Below, piece after piece: positions 39,362 to 51,145 of a DNA stretch of 64,000 nucleotides. Location: positions 514,856 to 578,855 of the forward strand of contig NW_019217860.1 in NCBI RefSeq assembly GCF_002571385.2. The letters are read 5' to 3'. The notes under the pieces are model-generated. The model worked only from the letters and a program-made list of their open reading frames with translations, did no database searches and was not told the origin of the DNA. A program made the position numbers and the translations under genes. This stretch comes from Stylophora pistillata. Lineage: Eukaryota. Each line of letters starts with the position of its first letter. The first letter of the stretch is position 1.

Positions 39362-40784
39362 CGAAATAAAAATATTCAGTAACCCCTAGAGATTACAAAA
39401 AAGGACGAGTCATGGCAACCTTTTTTCTTTTACTTTTTTTGTCGAAAGGTACTTACACTAGTGAGTAGTGCAATATCTCATTAAAAAGAGGACAAAGTAA
39501 GCTTTACAGAAAAAATGTTTTGTTTCCTAAAATGCATGTATTTTAAATCATGTGAAGTAAATGGCATAAAATTTACATAACTTATCAAACAACTTGCGAT
39601 TTTGTAACAACCTAGGCCTGAATGGAATGCAATTAGAAGGTAACTATTAAATAAGAAATATTTCTTGTTTTATAGGCAAGACAACTAGAGAATTTCGCTG
39701 AAAAAGAATAAATACAGAATTAATTACAATTTATTTTCAAACTGTACCCCAAAATCGTAAAAATTGACCCAGATTATTGAAGTTTTTTTCACCAAGTATT
39801 TACACAAGGGAAGTAAGCTATACCTCATTTGAAACAGCAGTAAATAAGCTTTCCTAAAATTCATGTTTCCTCTGAAGAAAAAAACTATAACCTCAATAAA
39901 TCCTTTCAATTTAGCATAAATTAGCCTACAATATCATCAAAATTTGAACTGTCAATCAAGTGATACCCAAAGGATATAAAGTAATGGGGCAAAAATTAAC
40001 TAAAAAGATTCCTTTTTATATGGGCAACATCTCCATAAAAATTGGTTGACAAATAACAATTCTGAGATGTGTTACGCATATTTTGTAAAAACCTCTTGAA
40101 GTGTATAAAATGGAATTTTTTTCTCTTTGATATAGTTTGAGTGGTGTGTATTATATAGAGGAAAATGTATTTATCATCTTAATTTATCTCTTTCCCTTTC
40201 AAAAACTTCAAGACTTTTAAGTTCCAGTAACGAGGGGTTCCAGAGTTACTATGAGAAGAAAAATTGTTTTTCTCACGACTTAGTCACTTCGGATGTAGAT
40301 TGCTACCTCCCGACTGCATATTCATAGACCTCAGTCCTCAGACAAAGAATACTATCAATCGAAGCGTCGTGGTTAACATCCGAGGTTACTACGCGAAGAG
40401 AAAAACGATTGTGCTCCAAATAGAAAGAGTATTCACCACGAAAACAAACTGTAACATTTTTATGATTATAAGGGATAGTGAGGTGGGGCAAGACTCAAAT
40501 ATCTGGCTGACTTCATGTGCTTGATAGATATAATGCTTTTCTGTAACAAGATATTTTCAAAGAGTGAAGAATTGTGTTCTGATTCTGTCGCAGTTAAACT
40601 AGAATGTTGACAGAGAATGCAAAATAACAGAGGCATAAATAGTCATCCTATGTAGTCGTTGTCTATAGGTAATAAGAGGTAAAGCCCACTCCTCAAAAGA
40701 CGATAATTATATGCTCTGTATTTTGTATAACTATTAAATAAAATATCTTAACGAATAAAATGTTAGCAAAAGCGTCAACTATGT

Positions 40785-43700
40785 TGGCTATAAGTGGCTA
40801 TTTAAGCGTTGTTGCCACTAGAAGCCGTTTGGGCATTTTGGTCACTAGTTTCCATTTGCGCATTTTGGCCACCAGTGGCCGTTTGGATATTTTGGCTACT
40901 ATTAACCGTTTCGGCTATTTGGCCACTAATGGTAGTTTTGGTATTTTTGGCCATGAGTGGCCGTTTTGGCATTTTGGCCATTAGTGACCGTTTGGTCATT
41001 TTGGGCATAATTGGCCTTTTGCGCATTTTGGCCACTAAATGCCGATTGTACATCTTGGCCACTAGCAGCCCTTTTGACATTTTGGCCACTAGTAGCTCTT
41101 TGGGCATTTTGGCCACTAGTGGCCGTTTGGGCGTTTTGGCCACTAGAAGCCGTTTTGGCATTTTGGCCACTAGTGGCCTTTTGAGCATTTTAGCCATTAG
41201 TGGCTGTTTGAGCATTTTGGCCACTACTGGCCGTTTGGGCATTCTTTTTCATTTTTGATTGCGTTTAAGCGTGATGGCCACTAGTGGCCGCTTAGGCATT
41301 TTGGCCACGAGTGGCCGTTTCGGTATTTTTGCCATTAGTGGCTGTTTTGGCATTTTGGACATTAGTGGTCGTTTGGGAATTTTGGGCATGATTGGCCTTT
41401 TTGCGCATTTTGGTCACTAAATACCGATTGGAAATCTTGGCCACTAGCGGCCCTTTTAACATTTTGGCCACAAGTAGCTCTTTGGGCATTTTGGCCACTA
41501 GAGGCCGTTTAGGCATTTTGGCCACTAGTGGCTGTTTGAGCATTTTAGCCACTAGTGACTGTTTGAGCATTTTGCCCACTACTGGCCGTTTGGGCATTTT
41601 TTTCATTTTTGATTGCGTTTTTGCCTTTTTGCCACTAGTGGCTGTGCGAGCATTTTAGCCACTACTGGCCGTTTGGGCATTTTTGCCATTTGTAGTTGTT
41701 TAAGCATTTTGGAAACTAGGGGCCGTTTGGGTAGCTTGGCCACCAGTTGCCGTTTGGGCGTTTTTGCCACTAGTAGCCGTTTGGGCATTTTAGTCAGTGC
41801 TGGCCGTTGAGGCATTTTCGCTATTTGTGGCTGTTTAAGCATTTTGGCCACTACTGGCCGTTTGGACATTTTGACCACTAGTGACTGTTTGGGTATTCTT
41901 GTCACTAGTGGCCGTTAGGGCGATTTGGCTACTAGTAGCCGTTAGGGCATTTTGGCCACAAGTGCCCTTTTGGGCATTTGCGCCACAAGTGGCCGTTTTA
42001 GCATATTAGCCACTACAGGTCGTTTGGGCATTTTTGCCATTTTTGGTTGTTTAAGCATTTTGGCCACTAGTAGCTGTTTGGGCATATACGTCACTAGTGG
42101 CCGTTTTAGCATTTAAGGCATTTTTAGCAGTATTTAGGCATTTTTGTCTCGAGTGGCTGCTTAACCATTTTGGCCACTAGTGGCCGATTGGAGATGTAAG
42201 TTACTAGTGGCCATCTGGGCTTTTTAAACACTACTGGTCGTTTGGGTATCCTTGCCACTAGTGGCCGTTTGGGCATTTTAGCCGCTGATGGCCGTTTGGG
42301 AATTTTGACCACTAATGGCTCTTTGGGTATTTCGGCCACTAGCGGCCGTTGGGGAATTTTGACCACTAGTGGCCTTTGACGCATTTTAGCCACTACTTGC
42401 TGTTGAGGCATTTTTGCTATATGTGGCTGTTAAAGCATTTTCGCCACTATTGGCCGTTTTGGCATTTGTGCCACTTCATCCGCTTGGGCATTCTTGCCAC
42501 CAGTGAATGCTTGGGCATTTTAGCCACCATTGGCCGTTTATGCATTTTTGCCGCTTGTGGCCGTTTGGGAATTTTGACCACTAATGGCTCTTTGGGTATT
42601 TCGGCCACTAGCGGCCGTTGGGGAATTTTGACCACTAGTGGCCTTTGACGCATTTTAGCCACTACTTGCTGTTGAGGCATTTTTGCTATATGTGGCTGTT
42701 AAAGCATTTTCGCCACTATTGGCCGTTTTGGCATTTGTGCCACTTCATCCGCTTGGGCATTCTTGCCACCAGTGAATGCTTGGGCATTTTAGCCACCATT
42801 GGCCGTTTATGCATTTTTGCCGCTTGTGGCCGTTTGGGAATTTTGACCACTAATGGCTCTTTGGGTATTTCGGCCACTAGCGGCCGTTGGGGAATTTTGA
42901 CCACTAGTGGCCTTTGACGCATTTTAGCCACTACTTGCTGTTGAGGCATTTTTGCTATATGTGGCTGTTAAAGCATTTTCGCCACTAATGGCCGTTTTGG
43001 CATTTGTGCCACTTCATCCGCTTGGGCATTCTTGCCACCAGTGAATGCTTGGGCATTTTAGCCACCATTGGCCGTTTATGCATTTTTGCCGCTTGTGGCC
43101 GTTTGGGAATTTTGACCACTAATGGCTCTTTGGGTATTTCGGCCACTAGCGGCCGTTAGGGAATTTTGACCACTAGTGGCCGTTGACGCATTTTAGCCAC
43201 TACTTGCCGTTGAGGCATTTTTGCTATATGAGGCTGTTAAAGCATTTTCGCCACTAATAGCCGTTTTGGCATTTGTGCCACTTCATCCGCTTGGGCATTC
43301 TTGCCACCAGTGAATGCTTGGGCATTTTAGCCACCATTGGCCGTTTATGCATTTTTGCCGCTTGTGGCCGTTTGGGAATTTTGACCACTAATGGCTCTTT
43401 GGGTATTTCGGCCACTAGCGGCCGTTGGGGAATTTTGACCACTAGTGGCCTTTGACGCATTTTAGCCACTACTTGCTGTTGAGGCATTTTTGCTATATGT
43501 GGCTGTTAAAGCATTTTCGCCACTATTGGCCGTTTTGGCATTTGTGCCACTTCATCCGCTTGGGCATTCTTGCCACCAGTGAATGCTTGGGCATTTTAGC
43601 CACCATTGGCCGTTTATGCATTTTTGCCGCTTGTGGCCGTTTGGGAATTTTGACCACTAATGGCTCTTTGGGTATTTCGGCCACTAGCGGCCGTTGGGGA

Positions 43701-45342
43701 ATTTTGACCACTAGTGGCCTTTGACGCATTTTAGCCACTACTTGCTGTTGAGGCATTTTTGCTATATGTGGCTGTTAAAGCATTTTCGCCACTATTGGCC
43801 GTTTTGGCATTTGTGCCACTTCATCCGCTTGGGCATTCTTGCCACCAGTGAATGCTTGGGNGGTTGAGAAAAATTTGGCTTATTAAGGTTTGTTAAGTTT
43901 TTGGCACAAACTCTTCATGCCCCTCTAAGGCCAAGCATAATTCGTGCTATAGGAGTTAGCCTAAACAGGTTCTTATATAAATGGTACTTAACAAAATTTT
44001 AGGCTATTTAGGTTCTTAAAACAGGTTCTTATTCTTGGAGAAAAACACACCTGCATAACAAGTTGGTAATTGTCCTATATTTTGTAACTACATAATTTGC
44101 ACTCATTTTTCTTAAGAAAATCATGTTTTACAGCAATGGCAATCTGGTTTTTCTTCGATTATGATTACAGTAAATAATTTCAGTGTACCTGTAATGTAAT
44201 ATATGATTTTAGAAAATAAGAACCTATTTTAATTTTCTTAGGCTACTAGGTTCTTGTTTACAGGGGGGGATAAATGGCAAATTTTAGGCTAACAGGTTCT
44301 TAATTTTTAGGTTCTTACTTGCGGGTTTTTACTGTAGTGGCTGTGTTGACATTTTGACCACAAGTGGCCGATTGGCCATTTTCGTTACTGTACTGGCCGT
44401 TTTGGCATTTTGGCCCCTAGTAGCCGTTTGGGCATTTTGGCCAATAGTGGCCATTTTGGCATTTAGGCTACTAGTGACCGTTTTGGAATTTTTGCCACTA
44501 GCGGCCGTTTTGGCATTTTGTCCACTAGTGGCCCTTTTGGCATTTTGGCAACTAATGGCCGTTTTGACATTTTGGCCACTAACGGTCCTTTTGGCATTTT
44601 GGTCACTACTAGCGGTTTGGGCATGTTGGCCACAAGTGGCCGTTTTGGAATTTTGGTCACATGTGGCCGTTTGGGCATTTTGGCTATTGATGGCTGTCTA
44701 GGCATTTTGGTCACATGTGGCCGTTTGGGCATTTTGGCCTCAAGTGGCCGTTTTTGCATTTTGGCCAGAAGTGGCTGTTTGGGCATTTTGGCCACTTGTG
44801 GCCGTTTTGGCATTTTGGCCACTAGTTGTCGTTTTGGCATTTTGACCATTAGTGGCCGTTTGGCTATTTTGAGCACTTGTGGTAGTTTTGGCGTTTTGGC
44901 CACAAGAAGCCGTTTGGGCATTTTGGGCACTTGTGGCCGTTTTATGTATTTTGGCCACTCGTGGCCGTCTGGGCTTTCAGGCCACAAGTGGCCGATTGCG
45001 TATTTTAGCCACTACTGGCCGTTTGGGCATTTTGGACATTAGTGGTCGTTTCGGAATTTTTGCCAATATTGGCCATTTTGGCAGTTTCGCCGCTATTGGC
45101 TTTTTTTTTTTTTTGGTATTTTGGCCTTTAATGGCCGCTTGGGCATTTCGGCCACTAGTGGCCGTTTTGGCAAAGTGGCCATTAGTGGCGATTAGTCATT
45201 AGTGGCAAAATTGCTCAAACGGCCACTAGTGGCCAAAATGCCTGAAAGGCCACCATAGACAAAACTGCTCAAAAGGCCACTAATGGCCAAAGCGCTTAAT
45301 CAGCCAGTGGTGGCCAAAATACCCAAATAGCCACTAGTAGCT
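40785..45342. repeat. 27-bp satellite (consensus ~GGGCATTTTGGCCACTAGTGGCCGTTT) with a 269-bp higher-order repeat and an inverted terminal block
   Basis: Well over 100 diverged 27-mers. Near-identical 269-bp units span ~42280-43860 (identical ORF-track peptides recur at 42376, 42645 and 43452). Orientation flips at ~45200-45342. Confidence 0.95.
43862..44336. mobile_element. Non-satellite insertion within the array; right end resembles a Tc1/mariner-pogo TIR (left end in gap)
   Basis: Ends ..cttgcgggtttttactg|ta, i.e. TA-CAGTAAAAACCCGC on the minus strand. It carries repeated AGGTTCTT subterminal motifs, and the satellite resumes immediately afterwards. Confidence 0.55.
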
Positions 45343-45845
45343 ATAATTAGGAAATTACTTTTTTAATGGAGCAAATGTTGATGATTACAGAATTTAAATG
45401 AGAAATAAAATAATAAAAATTTAGATAAAGAAATTGGATGAAGGAAGTAGAAAGAAGGAAGTGTTGTTTTGATGCTGGTGTCCTATTTCAGACATAACAA
45501 ATAAGCATAGTACGCATCGTCTGATTGGTTATTTCAGTTTCCAAGCGAATGTTTTTTCCAGATTACAGAGCCCGTTTGTTACTATTCATTTCGAAAAAAG
45601 CAACAAAACACATTTTTTTTTCCAGCCCGAAAAAAATGTGTTTATGGCTAGTATTAAATTTGAATAGTGTACGATACGCTATCACATAAGTGATAGGGAT
45701 ATTTTTTGTCGAGCTACTAGATAGGGTTATGTGACTTCCTTCCAAGCCTTCTGAGCTGAAAGTACAATCAATTTAAAAGGTTCAAGTTTCAGGAGTATCT
45801 CATAACAAGTGGTTTTGGAGAACATTCGATCATTTTGCTTTCGTG

Positions 45846-48800
45846 ATGTCTCTTAAAGACCGTTCTTTCCCATTGAGCCCCGGCACAGCTCTATCTGTTT
45901 TCTGTTTGCTTCTTTACGCCGCTGGATTCATTCGAATCGAGACCAAATTCAATGATTATGAACAAAGATTGAAGACTGTGGAGGAAGTCATAACTCAAAG
46001 TAAGATGAGACAGGCGAGGATACATTTGCCTTCGGATGAAAAAGGTAAAGTCAATATCTGTCTGTAAATCAAATTCATAGTTGTCTTGTTTGTTGCGAGA
46101 CATGCTTCTACAACCTAATTCGTGTAAAACGACCTTGAGTTGCACGGAGTAAAATCTTTTTGATCGAAAATACTGGCGAGCTCGTACACATGACTCATCG
46201 TCATGTCTTCTGTCTTGATCTGTTGTGGCACAGTGCGCTTGTCTCTGACTTTTTCCTACAACAGAAGACATATTTTCAAAAGCCTTTTGCCGGAAGAAGA
46301 GTGAGCCAACGATATAAGTGATTCCTGTTGGTTTTAGCGATCTCAATCTTTGTTTTCTCTTATGGGATACATATATTTGTTGTGAATTTGCCAAGAGAAC
46401 GGATGTAGAGGCAGGCAAGGTCAGCAGTACACTATTATTGGCTCAGAGTAGCGCTACTGAAATATAACACTGGATGTGTTGGCCAACGTATTTTCAACGA
46501 GACAATACAGCTTGTTATCTCATGAAGCTGGACGCACATTTGTGTTTACTCCCTTCGTATTGGTGTTCTGCTTGGTTCAAGATCACGTCTACAATCACAA
46601 TGAAATTTGCGTTCATACTTCTCTCGATTAACATTAGATAACTCAGTTGATGTAGCATGTTTTCTTGATAAAAGGTTTAATCATAAATTTTCGCTCAAAA
46701 GGAGCTCTCTCGTAAGGTTTGCGGATCGACCCGTTCCGAAACGCTCGGCATCTTTTAGTGAGTCCGCGAACGCTGTGTGCATATTTTGTAGGCGTTTTGA
46801 GCGTGTTGTAATCTGTGCTAATTTTGCACCCCAGAAACTTCCTCCGCTATTACACCATGCCATATGCTCATCAGTCAAAAAGTCACGCATGCATCGTAGT
46901 CAAAACGTTCCGCATGCGTCACAGTCAAAACGTCCCGCAAACGATGTTGCTGCGTGGGAAAGTTTATTAGTCTTTCTTTCTTTATTCCTTTTTCGGCGCT
47001 TCGTTAAAATCAAATGACGGATATACAGGAAGTAGCTGTCGGTAAAATTAAATATTAAAAACAACAGTACTTGCATATCTTCGCATTACGCTCTTTGTCT
47101 CGAAACAATACGGGGTTCACCCCCTGCCCCCGACCCTACTGCCTTCCTGCACCACCCTCCCTATCACACAAGCACACAACTTATGGAAAAATGGTGATCA
47201 GAATCAAGACAGAAAAAAAATTAGTAGATAGATAGGTATTTTTTGTTTTGCCATTTAAGAAGGCACTAACGTGTCACGTCAAGTTAATCTCTTTCTTTAT
47301 TTGATAAAGTTTCAGTTGTACCCACCACCTCTAAGAAGCCTGAAATCCGTCGACTGAGGCGTAGTATTTCACACCCGCCTCCTTTTAATAACTCAGCAAA
47401 GATAAGAGAAATGATGGAAGACATTATTTCATCTTCGTTGAAGATTTGCCAGTTCAAAGGCAATTTGAATTTTTGTCCTCGTGGGCGGCCAGGACCTCCA
47501 GGGAGAGCTGGACACAAAGGAGAAAGGGGGAAGAAAGGAAGAAAAGGCCCTCGGGGAATCATGGGACCACCAGGAAGGAGCGGAAAACAAGGAATTATGG
47601 GACCACCGGGGATGAGAGGAGAAAAAGGAATAAAAGGTGACATAGGGCCACCGGGTATTTCGGGTATCCCAGGGACCAAAGGTGAACCAGGAAGGTCCAT
47701 TTCATCACCAAAGATAACAATCTCTCCACCTAAGCTAATTGTCAACGAAACTAAAACAGCCTCGTTCCAATGCTCTGTTTCGGGAAATCCAGCGGCTCAA
47801 ATATTCTGGTCAAAGGTCAATGGATCGTTTCCAGGCAACAGGACTAAAGTACGCTCAGACGGTCTGATGCAATTCATTGGCGTTCGGATGGAAGATGCCG
47901 GCGAATACAGATGCATGGCGCGAAATATCCTGGGAGAGGATGAAAAAGCTGCTAGTCTCGTCGTTCAAAGTAGGTTTAAATATACGTTCCTATGTCCATG
48001 TAATTCCTACGCCTCTGTGATTCAAAAACTAAAATTCTCATTATTTCAAATCACTCCTTGAGCGTTTTGAGGGACACAAAATTCTTAGTCCCAACCGATT
48101 GAAGGGACACTTCATTTCCGCAACGAAAATGCGGTTCTACCATAGTACGTTAACCAAAAATAAAAGCTGAAAGTTATTTTGAACCACCAAATGAATTTAA
48201 ATCAAATGTACTTTTATCTGGTATTTTATGGAGCCACGCAATCAATAGCAGCTATGTCAAGTATGTACAATGATAATTATCCTATTTCCATTTAGGTAAA
48301 CCGAAGGTTTCCCTCTACTTTGGTCCTGTTTATGTTGAAAAAGGCAAAAACGTCACTTTACCAAAATGCCATGTGACCAGTTTTCCTCCAGCAAACATCA
48401 CTTGGTCTAAAGGACGCGGTGTACTTGTGCATTCTAGAACTGTTGTGAAAGACGGACAACTGTCAATAATAAGTACCCAAAAGAGAGATTCTGGTTTGTA
48501 CGAATGCAAAGCCTCCAATATTCTAGGGCATGACTCAGCTCTGACAAATCTTGGTGTTTTTGAGCTGCCCAGGTTTACTGCCAATCCTCCGGCTCAGATT
48601 GCTGTTGAAACAAAAAGAAACATTTCAGTCCCTTGTCGTGCTACTGGTGACCCTAAACCAAAAGTCACGTGGGTGAGAGAGAAGAGTGAGCTGCCCGTCG
48701 GAAGATCACGTGTCAGTGTGGATGGAACACTTCAGATATGGAATACTAAAGGTGAAGACTCGGGCATATATACCTGCACAGCCACCTCAGGAGGGTTGTT

Positions 48801-51145
48801 TAAGAAGTTCTCCGCTATGAAACTGTCTATTAAAGCAGGTAAGAATGACTGACATTTCAGTAATCCGACCGTATGTTATAATCGAGTCAACTTGAGGCCG
48901 AAATTCATATGTGAACCAGCGTGAGGTGTGATCTGCTTCTGAAATTTACGTGACTCACAGCGGTATTTCTTTGAGTTTTTGGAAACGCCAAGATTTCTCT
49001 GGAACCTTGTACGCAAGAAGAGAAATTTGACTTTTTCCCGTTTATAGAAGTGACACGTGAATTTTTTTTTTTTAATTTGAGCATGAACCGGGACTAAGAC
49101 ACCCCCTGCCCTCCTGTTTCTTACCCGATGAAAGATTACAAAGAGTTTAAAAACTAATTAATGGGGACATCGATCAGCTGGATCTAGGTTTTCCTTCTTG
49201 ATTTCCAATACATAATTATGAACGAGGAAAAAGTCATTAACAATACAAAAAACATTCACAGTCATCAGGAGATTACAAAATGAATAATCTCTTATGCTCA
49301 TCAGATTTAATATTCTTTAGAAGCAAGTGGTTTATATTATATTTACCCCAATAAAACATATATTTTGAATATATTTAAAACAACATGCATGTCGCCAGCC
49401 GATAGAAAACTTTGCTCATCTAATAACGCTTTAGTTACTATTTTGAAATATGAAAAACTTGTCAATTTCAGAGTTTGATTTTAAGTTTACCATGGGAAAG
49501 ATGAAAATCGACTAGTCACATTCTGGAACTTACCTCTCTCTGATCTGATAATAACAACGTATCCAGAGGATTTTTGTAGATTAGAAATAAAAAAATCCTG
49601 TAGTTATGGGTGCCCATATCAATTACTACTATGTTTAAACCTCTAAGTTCTCTGATAATAGCAGTTCAGATGAAATTTTACCAGTGAAGCGAGGCTCTGA
49701 GATGAAATTAGAAAGGAATAGAGTGATTGTGTCGCCTGTTTTTACTTAGTATGCGAGCTGGCTGGTGTGGAGGACAGCAACAGAATACCAGACGTCAGAA
49801 TGACAGCCAGCAGTTTTTACGATAGTAGATATTATCCTTACTACGGCCGACTGAATGAAAGGAGAGGAAAAGGAGGGTGGTGCACTAAGACTACAACTGA
49901 TAGAACAGACTATCTCCAGGTTGATATGGGTGAAGTGCGTTTCGTTTGTGCTGTGGCTACACAAGGATTACGAAGTAACAATGCATGGACCACAAGCTAT
50001 AAACTACACCTGTCCGCAGACGGCTTAAATTGGAAAACTTACAAGGAGACAAATATCGAAAAGGTGTGGATGAAACTGTGACTGACATTTTCAGCAATTA
50101 TCAAAGAGTTTGTAGTTAATGCATAGTGTTAGCTTAAAGACAGACACTTTCTTGGCTATTACAGTACAGTTCCATTCGGTAATATTCTCCCTACAATATG
50201 TGACTAATGTTCTGCGTCGAAATAGAGATTTAGCACCACGTTTGCGTGAAATGGCAAATTTCAGCTTGCCTTTTCACCTTTCATTTAACTTTTGTATGAC
50301 CTACAGATAATAGTTTTAGTGCCCTTTTTCTGGAAATTAACTTCTACCCTCTAAGAAGAAAACGGCAAATGTGAAACAGGTTACTTTCACGTGGAAACGA
50401 CAAAGCGCAACCGGCAGACGTAAAAAGAAGGTAGGAAAAACAAGGTCACGTGGCCGGTCACTCATGTTGTCACGTTTCACGAAAACGCGGTGCTAAATCT
50501 CTCAAATGTTCAGCAATTAGCGCTAGGAGAAATGCACGTTTTTACATATCTGACTGCATACACGGAGTGGAGTTCCGTCAGAGTAGCTCCTATCCAGAAA
50601 GTTTCCGAAAGAGTTCTGTATCAGGAATGACTTCAAAGGTCATATAATTACTCAGCTTATAAATGGTAACCTTGGACATTTATGTAGCCTGGGAGACTTA
50701 CAGGAAAAAATTTGGATATGGGGAGGGAGAAGTGATTGATTGCCACCAAGCAAAGGGTCGCTTTGACGTCACTTTCTTTGTCGCCTACTCTGACCTGGTC
50801 AGTTTTTGACTGGAATACTTCAGGATAAAAAGAAACATGGAAACACAGCTCACAGGCAAAAAATGTGCTCTTTTTCCTTTATTTAAAACTCTGCGTCCGG
50901 AGTCAATTATTCCCAGCATTCCCTCCCCGTTCCAACACCTCGTTTTGTGTGTTACTTACGCTCTGCTCTTTAACTCTCGTTACTCAGATTTCTTTTATTC
51001 TTAGATCTTTCAAGGAAACGCAGACCAAAGCAGCATCGTGAAACATCCAGTCAGTAATGATATCAAGACCAGATACGTTCGGTTTTATCCCGTCACGCAT
51101 CGATTTCATCCCTGTATGAGGGTTGAAGTATTTGTGCTAGATTGA
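45846..51145 (+). CDS. Gene B: type II transmembrane collagen (TM, furin site, 23 Gly-X-Y, 3 Ig, F5/8C discoidin)
   Basis: Exons: 45846-46044 ([17 protein letters not shown] plus heptad-like stretch), ~47310-47969 (RRLRR, collagen, Ig1 C..W..DAGEYRC), 48296-48838 (Ig2 DSGLYEC, Ig3 DSGIYTC), 49750-50063 and 51005-51145 (discoidin). All junctions are GT-AG and in frame. Confidence 0.9.
50224..50502. mobile_element. MITE in the discoidin intron of gene B
   Basis: agagatttagcaccacgtttgcgtgaaatggcaa ... ttgtcacgtttcacgaaaacgcggtgctaaatctct inverted termini. Absent from the paralogous introns of A and C. Confidence 0.78.

Larger units (their letters stand above)
32800..39380 (+). repeat. Segmental duplication unit A (homologous to ~51960-56360)
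   Basis: Noncoding similarity, e.g. ttcttccgatgaaaacgtaaaactt (32801) vs ttcttcctgtgaaaacgtaaaactt (51963), and aaagatcatctctgcctcagt (34874) vs aaagatcatctcggcctcagt (52869). Similarity continues through exons and introns. Confidence 0.9.

Noticed and set aside
40760-45202. Many ORFs with 9-aa periodic peptides (MPKRPLVAK / GILATSGRL)
   Set aside because: They are translations of the 27-bp satellite in several frames and on both strands, with frequent stops and frameshifts. There is no splice structure.
40785-45342. CRISPR-like array
   Set aside because: The repeats are contiguous with no unique spacers, there are no cas genes, and the context is eukaryotic.
47284-47745. 153-aa minus-strand Pro/Gly ORF
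   Set aside because: Antisense shadow of the collagen exon.
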